Source of the DNA: a virus
Reading direction: 5' to 3' (one strand)
UHGV virus genome: UHGV-0085244
DNA length: 32,566 nucleotides
Shown here: positions 25,225 to 32,566 of the stretch, in pieces
How the letters are laid out: each line of letters begins with the position of its first letter
Position numbering within the stretch: the stretch's first letter is position 1
Made by a program: the position numbers and the translations under genes
Notes under the pieces: model-generated
Told to the model about the DNA's origin: nothing
The model's input: the letters and a program-made list of their open reading frames with translations, nothing else
Databases searched by the model: none

Positions 25225-27639
25225 TTAATACAGATCCCGCCACTTATCATCTTCCTGCAAACGCTGGTTCCGATAGAAGATACGCAGGCCTGCTCCTGAC
25301 GGAATACTGCCACCGCGAAGGAGTAAATCGACCTCTTTCTCGCTTCCATCAAATCCTCTGGACTTCAGTTCATAGACGAGCTGCTGTCGCTGATGATCTG
25401 TAATTCGCTGTTTGTAGTCTCTACGCCGTTTCGGTTTCACCAGGCGTAACCTTGCAGCCAGTTCCCGGCGCTCTTTTTTGTTCATACTGTGCAGGTAATC
25501 GTGCAATTCCTTGTCATCCATGCAGGTGATATCCGTTCTGGTATCCCCATCAGCTGATTTGTCTTTCCCTTGTTGGTACAAATTTTCAGCAAGGGGACAG
25601 TTATTGCCACGAGTCCAAGGGGCGCAAGCGCCCTGGTCGGCTGCCGCCTCCTGAACGTCAACGGCCTTACGAACCATTTTCCACTTCACTACATGAGTGC
25701 AGATCTTGCCCTCTGCAATGGGTGACCAGATGCCATAAATACGAATACCGTGATCGCCATAGGCGGTTGGCTCTTCGTTGATTTCATAAGCGGTTCTGAT
25801 GAGGTGATATTTGCGGGGAACCAGTACGCCGCCCTGCTTCATGATGTAGGTGGCAAAACAACCAGCATCAGCAGCAGCCAGAATGGCATCAAGACGCGGG
25901 TTATCCAGTACCGGCGCACCTGCTTTTTTGTCACCCTGTTGCCTTGCCGCCTGACCAGCCAGCAAGCGAAGTTCACGGTAAGCCTGACGTCCCGGAATAC
26001 CAAAGAAGCGGAATTGCTGAACACGATGCAGAGACGCCCAGGCATTAACGTATTCAGCGTTATCACGCAGGGATTTACCCGTTTCCTTGCTGATCTCGCC
26101 AGCCAGACCACGCCCGTCAATGTTCTTACTGATGTATTTCGCGATGTAGCTTGTCGGCGTTCCTTTGCGCGGGTTTATCAGCTCAGATTTAAAGCGTGGA
26201 CCAGTGTTATTACCCAGTTCCTCGCGGTCTTCACGGATGGCAAACTTACGCAACAATGCAGTAATGGCGCGGCGGTCTTTTTTGCGCATGAAACACAACA
26301 GGTGCCAGTGAACTGTACCGTCATGATGCGGCTCAGCCACCCGCACGCCATACCAGCGCAACCCGGCTTTGTGCATCGCCTTACGAAATGCAGCAAACAT
26401 GCCGACCAGATAATCGCTGCTTTGTCTTACCGTCGCATTTGTCCAGGTTGGGTTTGGTCTGCCGTTATTGAGCGTGGAATGGAAACGTGACGGACAGGTA
26501 ATGGTGTAGAAAACGGCGCAGTCACCGCGCATTTCCGCGATAAGCTCCAGACCTTTAACACAGGCCATCATCTCATTGCGGCGGTGCGCCGGGTTGCTGC
26601 TGCTGGCGTTTACCACGTCTTCCATATCCAGCGTGTCGCCCTCTTCGTTCACCAGTTCATGAGAACGGAAAAACTCCAGTGACTTGCGGCGCTGCTCACG
26701 TTTATGCATCACGGCTTCATAGCTGACATAGGGAGATGCTTTTTTGCTGACCAGGCAGACAGCACGCAACTGCTCTTCCCGCCATTCGCAACGCATTTTC
26801 CATAATTTCCGGTACCACCAGTCGGCGCACAACATACGCGCCAGCGAACCCGGAATGAGTTCATAGGGCACGGGTTTACGGCGGTTTCTTTTCCGACGGA
26901 GTTGCTCAAACGCAGGCGGGATGACATCCAGACGCAGGGTTTCCGCTGCCACCTTTTCCCATGTCTTGCGGATTTCTTCTGGCTTAACGTCATCGGTGGC
27001 ATACAAATCACCACAAGCTGCATCAAGGCACATGCTCATATGCGCAGCGACAAGGGTAGACAGGCGTTTCACCTGATCCTGACTCATTTCAGGCAGAATC
27101 AGCAGGCCGTCCAGCCCTACATGGCTTGCCATAAAACGAAAAGATGCAGATAGCTGGCTGTCGCGTACATGCTCCAGTCGTTCCAGACATGGCTTAATCG
27201 TCTCACGTAAATAGCGGGAATAAGCCTTTGGCCTGCCCAGGCTGCTGAAGTATTCAATACGTTGCATCAGCGGCTTGCTGATATGGGAGGGCTGGGCGCT
27301 GACGTCTACCAGAATGACCATGTCCGGGTTAAAACGCTGCTGCTCATGCGCCAACTTTGCCCGGCTAATGAGCTTATCCTGCTCTATTTCGCGTTGGACA
27401 GGATCACGGGATTCATTAAAGAAATAACGCTCCCAGACCTGATCACTCAGTGCCTCGCGGCGCAGTTGTTCCTGCTCGTTATCGGCAGCGTACAGAGTGA
27501 TCAGGTTTGAAAGCGCAGAAACCGGCGCAACTTCCGCCGGGTCCAGATAAGGGTTAATGGCCTTTTTCGGGCTGTTCCATGAGAACGATGCGGCAGCCTC
27601 TTTAAAGCCGCAGCAGTTGCTCATATCGGCATGGCTCAT
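25225..27639 (-). CDS. A: Replication initiation protein A (rolling-circle nicking endonuclease)
   Basis: 804-aa ORF with HWHLL (HUH-like) and YIAKYISK tyrosine motifs; P2 gpA-like. Confidence 0.9.
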   Translation of the reverse strand: MSHADMSNCCGFKEAAASFSWNSPKKAINPYLDPAEVAPVSALSNLITLYAADNEQEQLRREALSDQVWERYFFNESRDPVQREIEQDKLISRAKLAHEQQRFNPDMVILVDVSAQPSHISKPLMQRIEYFSSLGRPKAYSRYLRETIKPCLERLEHVRDSQLSASFRFMASHVGLDGLLILPEMSQDQVKRLSTLVAAHMSMCLDAACGDLYATDDVKPEEIRKTWEKVAAETLRLDVIPPAFEQLRRKRNRRKPVPYELIPGSLARMLCADWWYRKLWKMRCEWREEQLRAVCLVSKKASPYVSYEAVMHKREQRRKSLEFFRSHELVNEEGDTLDMEDVVNASSSNPAHRRNEMMACVKGLELIAEMRGDCAVFYTITCPSRFHSTLNNGRPNPTWTNATVRQSSDYLVGMFAAFRKAMHKAGLRWYGVRVAEPHHDGTVHWHLLCFMRKKDRRAITALLRKFAIREDREELGNNTGPRFKSELINPRKGTPTSYIAKYISKNIDGRGLAGEISKETGKSLRDNAEYVNAWASLHRVQQFRFFGIPGRQAYRELRLLAGQAARQQGDKKAGAPVLDNPRLDAILAAADAGCFATYIMKQGGVLVPRKYHLIRTAYEINEEPTAYGDHGIRIYGIWSPIAEGKICTHVVKWKMVRKAVDVQEAAADQGACAPWTRGNNCPLAENLYQQGKDKSADGDTRTDITCMDDKELHDYLHSMNKKERRELAARLRLVKPKRRRDYKQRITDHQRQQLVYELKSRGFDGSEKEVDLLLRGGSIPSGAGLRIFYRNQRLQEDDKWRDLY

Positions 27640-28493
27640 GCACGTACTCCGTACACGGCAGAACTATCCACGCCACGCGAATAATCAAATCCCACCCAGC
27701 AGCGCGGCCCGGAAACAGCAATGATTTCTGTTGCTGATTTACTCTCACCAGCTGCTACGCCGATGCTGCGTTTTACCTTGATATAGTGGTGAGTAAAATT
27801 GCGATACAGCGAACGGATCAGGGATGTGTCACTGTTAGAAACAATTACCGGATGTCCTTCTGATGACCGATGTTCAAGAACGGATGCCAGGTGATACTGG
27901 TCATCTTCAGTAAAGCCGTCAGCGTGATAGCCGGAAAACGTACCGTCATAAGGCGGATCGCAATACACCACATCCCCCGCCTTCAACATCGCCAGCGTTT
28001 CATCAAAGCTGGCGCAGATAAACGTTGCTTGCTGGGCTTTCTCTGCAAATGCGCGAATTTCTTTTTCAGGGAAATACGGATTTTTATAATTACCGTATGG
28101 AATGTTGAAATGCCCGCTCTTGTTATAACGACATAACCCACGGTAACCATGACGATTGAGATACAGGAAATATACCGCTTTCATGAAATCAGTAATTTCA
28201 GTGGAGTAATTAAACTCCTGTCTTATGTTGTAATAAGCCAACTCCCTGTTTGCTTCCTCAAATAAAGCTCTGGCACGAGATATAAACGCCTCGCAATCAG
28301 CAGCAACCTTTTTATAGAGGTTGATTAAATCAGGATTAATGTCCGCAACCAGATAGCTGGGGTAATCCGTCTCCATCATCACAGCACAGGAACCCGCGAA
28401 AGGTTCAACCAGTCGCGGGCCAGCAGGAAGGTGTTTTTTCAGTTCGGACATAATGGCGGTTTTATTTCCCGCCCATTTCAGGATGGTGCTCAT
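27636..28493 (-). CDS. DNA adenine methyltransferase (Dam family, orphan)
   Basis: N-terminus [18 protein letters not shown] (AdoMet motif), CDPPY catalytic motif; start at the ATG overlapping the upstream stop (ATGA); track ORF 27636..28553 has a TTG start. Confidence 0.9.
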   Translation of the reverse strand: MSTILKWAGNKTAIMSELKKHLPAGPRLVEPFAGSCAVMMETDYPSYLVADINPDLINLYKKVAADCEAFISRARALFEEANRELAYYNIRQEFNYSTEITDFMKAVYFLYLNRHGYRGLCRYNKSGHFNIPYGNYKNPYFPEKEIRAFAEKAQQATFICASFDETLAMLKAGDVVYCDPPYDGTFSGYHADGFTEDDQYHLASVLEHRSSEGHPVIVSNSDTSLIRSLYRNFTHHYIKVKRSIGVAAGESKSATEIIAVSGPRCWVGFDYSRGVDSSAVYGVRA

Positions 28494-28717
28494 ACAGCAC
28501 CTCCGTTGTAATGTTTGCCTTTCAGCTCTGCAATTTCCTGGCAGGTAATGCAAAGCTGCACACCCGGAATGGCACGGCGGCGTGCTGGCGGAATTGGCGC
28601 TTCACACTCAATGCAAAGCACGCGAGACACGCCCGGTGTTTTGGCACGGGCAGCACGGATATGGCGCTGGCGTTCTTCTTCAACGCGCTGCTGTACGAGA
28701 TCCATTGCATCAGCCAT
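28490..28717 (-). CDS. TraR/DksA-family C4 zinc-finger protein
   Basis: 75-aa ORF with CIEC-X17-CITC. Confidence 0.75.
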   Translation of the reverse strand: MADAMDLVQQRVEEERQRHIRAARAKTPGVSRVLCIECEAPIPPARRRAIPGVQLCITCQEIAELKGKHYNGGAV

Positions 28718-28950
28718 TAGTGGATCTCCTGCGCTTCGTTCTGGATTGCTTCAGCAGTCACACGCAGCAGTTCTGCCGCTTCCACGTGGTTTAGCTGACG
28801 GGATGAGATATGACACGCCAGGCTATCAAGGCGAGCTGCCATTGCTTCAGCCCTTGCCCGGCGTTCTTCCAGACGAGCCTCTGTCAGTAAAATATTAAGC
28901 CCTGCATCATCCGGTCCGGTTTTAGTCGTGAGGGTTTCAATATTACGCAT
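28717..28950 (-). CDS. Hypothetical early protein
   Basis: Track ORF 28717..28956 (TTG start); ATG at 28950 with AGGAGA RBS. Confidence 0.5.
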   Translation of the reverse strand: MRNIETLTTKTGPDDAGLNILLTEARLEERRARAEAMAARLDSLACHISSRQLNHVEAAELLRVTAEAIQNEAQEIH

Positions 28951-29017
28951 AATCAATTCTCCTGAATTTAGATAAAGGGATGCCCGGCGGGTTTACGCCA
29001 TTAATTTCATTAGTTGG

Positions 29018-29359
29018 TTAATTCGGCATGGTTAGCCGTCTGGGAAATAAGCTCACCACTGCACGAAAATGATTCATTGCTTTAATCAACTCCCGCTTTT
29101 CGTCAGTGGTCAGCTCATTAATGCTGATGCTATGACGTTCAGCTGGAATTTTTGCCATAAAGAATATGGCAGCCAGTGCCCTTTTATTTTGTTCATTATT
29201 GATATCCCATGGATCACGCATATCTTTAATAAACCGCTCAAGCTCTGACTCAATATTTAGGCCAAAAACTTTCGCCCTTAACTCCGCAATGTGATTAAGT
29301 CCATTCAGGCGTTCACCGGGGCTTAATGGAACAGTCGCCGCAGTGCCTTCAATAGCCAT
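29018..29359 (-). CDS. Hypothetical early protein
   Basis: 113-aa ORF with ATG start, same strand as the early operon. Confidence 0.5.
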   Translation of the reverse strand: MAIEGTAATVPLSPGERLNGLNHIAELRAKVFGLNIESELERFIKDMRDPWDINNEQNKRALAAIFFMAKIPAERHSISINELTTDEKRELIKAMNHFRAVVSLFPRRLTMPN

Positions 29360-29523
29360 TTGTTCCCCCGTTTTTTCGTAGATAGTTCTGCCAGCAATTC
29401 ATCTTGTGAACGGCACGGATGCCAGCGTTTACCATCCTCCCCCATGATCCAGCCGTGACCGTAATGCATTGCCGGGCTTTGTTTAACCAGCAGCGATGCA
29501 AATGATGGTTCTTTCGTCAGCAT
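29323..29523 (-). CDS. Hypothetical small early protein
   Basis: Track ORF 29323..29553; ATG at 29523 with GAGGTG RBS directly after the upstream stop. Confidence 0.45.
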   Translation of the reverse strand: MLTKEPSFASLLVKQSPAMHYGHGWIMGEDGKRWHPCRSQDELLAELSTKKRGNKWLLKALRRLFH

Positions 29524-29530
29524 AAGCACC

Positions 29531-30040
29531 TCACAGCAAACCAAATGAAGCACCGAGGCCAGTCACGGTATCAACTGCACTCGCCATCGCAGGATTAGCC
29601 TGTAAACGGGCCTGCAATGAAACAGCCGCCAGCGCCATCAGTCGTGTTACAGAGTTAATGCTGCTGATAGCATCACGACGACCGGCACAGGTTTTTACAT
29701 CGCCAGACACCGCACCTGCAGCAACACGCCCGATCTCTGCGGTTGCACTCATGACGTAATGTGGCAGTTTCTCTTTTGCCACCTCATTAATCGGTACACA
29801 TGGCAGACAATGAATCTGTGCCAGAAAACCATCTACCAGCGTTGAATCTTCAGTCAGATCGGTAAGCAGCCAGATTTCTGGTGCGGTTAATAAATGAGGC
29901 TGAGCTGGGTTCAGCTTGTTCCGCAGAATCTGCACATTCATGCCTGCACGTTCTGCCAGTTGCACCAGATTGTGGCGCAGTGCAAAGGCACGACAGGCTT
30001 CATCAAAATGTGGATGTTTGGAAACTTGGTAATCAAACAT
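29531..30040 (-). CDS. CII/B-family early protein (186 CII-like lysogeny regulator / P2 gpB-position protein)
   Basis: Start at the ATG giving [25 protein letters not shown]... (track start is TTG at 30046); size and position match 186 CII / P2 B. Confidence 0.65.
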   Translation of the reverse strand: MFDYQVSKHPHFDEACRAFALRHNLVQLAERAGMNVQILRNKLNPAQPHLLTAPEIWLLTDLTEDSTLVDGFLAQIHCLPCVPINEVAKEKLPHYVMSATAEIGRVAAGAVSGDVKTCAGRRDAISSINSVTRLMALAAVSLQARLQANPAMASAVDTVTGLGASFGLL

Positions 30041-30072
30041 GGTCAATGCCTCTGATGTATTTCAGAATCGAA

Positions 30073-30294
30073 CTAATTAAGGTTTAGATTGCATTCTGAA
30101 AGCGCATCAACGGTCATTGCTGCTATGTTGATCATCACTTTTTCGCGTTTTTTATCTTTGCGCAGACGGTGACGGATAAGGCGTCCATCAGCCAACATGT
30201 CATTGATGGTATCGATGGATAGCCCTGTCAGCTCGCTATAGCGTTCAATAGTCACATGAGGCGTGGTAAGAGTGATTGAAATGTTAGGTCTCAT
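30073..30294 (-). CDS. Cox/Apl-like small HTH protein (excision / lytic-switch regulator)
   Basis: 73-aa ORF with HTH-like [26 protein letters not shown], first gene of the rightward early operon, divergent from the repressor. Confidence 0.55.
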   Translation of the reverse strand: MRPNISITLTTPHVTIERYSELTGLSIDTINDMLADGRLIRHRLRKDKKREKVMINIAAMTVDALSECNLNLN

Positions 30295-30419
30295 GATGCA
30301 ACATTCCTCGTTTAATGATGATTAATCAGGACGAATACGGATCGTTTGTATTTTGTGAACACTATAAACATACGATCGCACAGTGAAATCGTCAAGATAA
30401 AAGTTCACTTGGAGTGACC
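30295..30419. promoter_or_regulatory. Divergent lysis/lysogeny promoter-operator region
   Basis: 125-bp AT-rich region between divergent Apl/Cox-like and CI-like genes; short inverted repeats (GTGAAC...GTTCAC, GATCGT...ACGATC). Confidence 0.45.
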
Positions 30420-30989
30420 ATGAATTTGGAGAAAGGCGGACGAGGCGCCATAGAGCGCATGGTAGAAGCTTATGGATTCAAGACTCGACAGGCGTTGTGC
30501 GATCATTTAGGAATCTCTAAAAGTACACTCGCCACACGCTACATGCGTGACTCATTCCCAGCAGAATGGGTAATCCAGTGCGCCCTTGAAACAGGCACCT
30601 CGCTTAATTGGCTCACAACCGGGCATGGTTCAAAGCAAACTTCAGGTAATACAAATACTATGGAAGTTGCTAAATATGTATTATCTGATGGGGCCTTGTG
30701 TGAAGACGGTTTTTATATTTTCGATAGAGAATTTCTACCGTCGGCATTCAAGAATCTTTTTGTAATCACAGATAATAATTCTGAATTTATTTGTGATAAG
30801 GAATTTGATGATATACGTGATGGTAAATGGGTAATAAGTATTGATGGCGAAATAACGATCCGTGACATTACTCGTTTACCCGGTGGAAGAATCTTCGTCG
30901 AGGGTGGAAACAGAGCCTTCGAATGTAAGATAGAAGACATTGAAATAATTGGTAAAATTATAAGTTTAACAGTCAAGTATGTTAAATAG
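30420..30989 (+). CDS. Immunity repressor (186 CI-like)
   Basis: About 190 aa with N-terminal HTH (QALCDHLGISKSTLATRYMRD); ATG at 30420 after GGAG (track start GTG at 30414); divergent from the early operon and co-directional with int. Confidence 0.7.
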   Translation: MNLEKGGRGAIERMVEAYGFKTRQALCDHLGISKSTLATRYMRDSFPAEWVIQCALETGTSLNWLTTGHGSKQTSGNTNTMEVAKYVLSDGALCEDGFYIFDREFLPSAFKNLFVITDNNSEFICDKEFDDIRDGKWVISIDGEITIRDITRLPGGRIFVEGGNRAFECKIEDIEIIGKIISLTVKYVK

Positions 30990-31004
30990 TACCGGGAGGA
31001 AATT

Positions 31005-31196
31005 ATGCTTGGTAAGGTATTTTTTGTGGTTTTGTCATGTTCTTTGTTATTAAACCCACTAGCTACCTATGCTAGAAATTATCCCTGCTCAGGGAAAAAG
31101 GGAGGTGTTTCTCACTGTACCTCTGATGGCAAATTCGTTTGCAATGATGGAACTATTAGTAAATCCAAAAAAATCTGTACTAAAAACTCACGATAA
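31005..31196 (+). CDS. Small secreted cysteine-rich peptide (signal peptide plus about 40-aa mature part with 4 Cys)
   Basis: GGGAGG RBS 6 nt before the ATG; [23 protein letters not shown] then [40 protein letters not shown]; AT-rich. Confidence 0.55.
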   Translation: MLGKVFFVVLSCSLLLNPLATYARNYPCSGKKGGVSHCTSDGKFVCNDGTISKSKKICTKNSR

Positions 31197-31384
31197 CTTT
31201 TGCTTTTATATCTGCGCCTAAAATAAAAATGAGCCACAGGTTAACCGCAAAAGTTACATGATCACATAGCAAAAAGAATAGCCTACTTCATTATGGCTTC
31301 AGTGAGATGTATGGTCGCAGGATTTCATACATTGACACTGGTTATACATACAGTAAAAATGCTCTCTATTGGAGGGCATTTTTT

Positions 31385-32437
31385 ATGGCTGTACGAAAAC
31401 TCACCACAGGAAAATGGCTTTGCGAATGTTACCCCGCCGGACGTAGTGGGCGTCGTGTGCGTAAACAATTCGCCACCAAAGGCGAAGCACTGGCTTTTGA
31501 GCGTCACACGATGGAAGAAACCGAAGCAAAGCCCTGGCTAGGTGAATCAGTGGATCGTCGAACACTGAAAGACGTGGTTGAGCTATGGTTCAAACTACAT
31601 GGTAAATCACTGACTGCTGGGCAGCATGTCTATGACAAATTGCTGCTGATGGTTGACGCTCTGGGCAATCCCCTTGCAACTGATCTAACCTCTAAAATGT
31701 TTGCCCACTATCGAGATAAACGCCTGACAGGTGAGATCTACTTCAGCGAGAAATGGAAGAAAGGAGCAAGCCCGGTCACCATTAACCTGGAGCAAAGCTA
31801 TCTAAGTAGTGTTTTTAGCGAACTATCCCGCTTGGGCGAATGGTCGTATCCGAACCCACTGGAGAACATGCGAAAATTCACCATCGCAGAAAAAGAGATG
31901 GCATGGCTTACCCATGAGCAGATTGTTGAATTACTGGCTGATTGCAAACGTCAGGACCCAATTCTGGCACTGGTAGTTAAGATATGCTTAAGCACAGGCG
32001 CACGCTGGCGAGAAGCCGTAAATCTTACTCGTTCACAGGTGACCAAATACCGAATTACCTTTGTAAGAACGAAGGGGAAGAAAAACAGAAGCATCCCTAT
32101 CAGTAAAGAGCTTTACGAAGAGATCATGGCGCTTGATGGGTTCAATTTCTTCACAGACTGCTATTTTCAATTTTTATCCGTGATGGAAAAAACGTCTATC
32201 GTGCTCCCTCGCGGTCAACTCACACACGTTCTGCGCCATACGTTTGCGGCGCACTTCATGATGTCGGGTGGAAACATTCTGGCCTTACAAAAAATTCTCG
32301 GACACCACGATATAAAAATGACTATGCGTTACGCACATCTGGCACCGGATCATCTGGAAACGGCGCTCCGTTTCAATCCTCTGGCAACGCTGCCAAGTGG
32401 CGACAAAGTGGCGACAGCGGTTGGCATTACCCCGTAA
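31385..32437 (+). CDS. int: Tyrosine integrase
   Basis: Start at MAVRKLTTGKW... with GGAGGG RBS (track ORF begins 31307); C-terminal HxxR...Y catalytic region (LRHTFAAHFMMSGG...MRYAHL). Confidence 0.9.
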   Translation: MAVRKLTTGKWLCECYPAGRSGRRVRKQFATKGEALAFERHTMEETEAKPWLGESVDRRTLKDVVELWFKLHGKSLTAGQHVYDKLLLMVDALGNPLATDLTSKMFAHYRDKRLTGEIYFSEKWKKGASPVTINLEQSYLSSVFSELSRLGEWSYPNPLENMRKFTIAEKEMAWLTHEQIVELLADCKRQDPILALVVKICLSTGARWREAVNLTRSQVTKYRITFVRTKGKKNRSIPISKELYEEIMALDGFNFFTDCYFQFLSVMEKTSIVLPRGQLTHVLRHTFAAHFMMSGGNILALQKILGHHDIKMTMRYAHLAPDHLETALRFNPLATLPSGDKVATAVGITP

Positions 32438-32497
32438 TAACCACCGCTGACCACCAACCTAACTTATTGATTATCTTGCAAGTCGTTGTTTTCACTA

Positions 32498-32523
32498 ACC
32501 CATTTACATAAATGGGTTTTTTG
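32498..32523 (+). terminator. Terminator-like hairpin rebuilt by phage DNA at the int-proximal att site
   Basis: ACCCATTT / AAATGGGT stem with 4-nt loop, then TTTTTT; the 3' arm and T-run are the att core. Confidence 0.6.
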
Positions 32524-32525
32524 TT
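32512..32525. repeat. att core copy at the int-proximal prophage end (attL in P2 convention)
   Basis: Identical 14-mer to 42-55, located 75 bp downstream of the integrase stop. Confidence 0.75.
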
Positions 32526-32566
32526 ATCTAAAACTTATCTACTACCCTGCAACCCTCTCAACCATC

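Larger units (their letters stand above)
42..32525. mobile_element. Complete P2/186-family (peduovirus-like) prophage, inverted relative to the standard P2 map
   Basis: Syntenic P2-type gene set from ogr to int, bounded by 14-bp perfect direct repeats at 42-55 and 32512-32525; GC-rich core with AT-rich accessory islands. Confidence 0.9.

Noticed and set aside
1-32566. CRISPR arrays or rRNA genes
   Set aside because: No regularly spaced short direct repeats and no rRNA-like conserved segments were seen; the only repeats are in-gene protein repeats, the att cores and the invertase sites.

Overview
The window is essentially one complete P2/186-family (peduovirus-like) temperate prophage of about 32.5 kb, drawn in reverse orientation relative to the conventional P2 map. 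It is bounded by a 14-bp perfect direct repeat (ATGGGTTTTTTGTT; about 22 bp with 2 mismatches) at 42-55 and 32512-32525, which sits in the 3' arm of a terminator-like hairpin rather than in a tRNA gene. Minus-strand late genes run ogr-D-U-T-E/E'-FII-FI, then a Hin/Gin-type invertase with an invertible tail-fibre segment, then H-I-J-W-V-S-R, the lysis cassette (lysC/lysB/lysA/K/Y), X, L, M, N and O; the terminase P and portal Q genes are on the plus strand. Beyond Q lies a perfect 15-bp-stem hairpin, then an AT-rich three-gene operon of unknown function (21927-24276) wedged between Q and a cos-like sequence (about 24417-24435). This operon is the best candidate for an undescribed accessory or defence system. 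The rest is a DinI/Tum-like module behind a LexA box, replication gene A, a Dam-type methylase, a TraR/DksA-like zinc-finger protein, small early ORFs, a 186-type immunity region (CII/B-like, Apl/Cox-like, CI-like), a small secreted Cys-rich peptide, and the integrase. No rRNA, tRNA or CRISPR array was seen. All protein identifications are by recognition of the ORF-track translations and gene order from memory of the P2/186 family; no database search was run. Coordinates of short motifs are read by eye and may be off by 1-2 nt.
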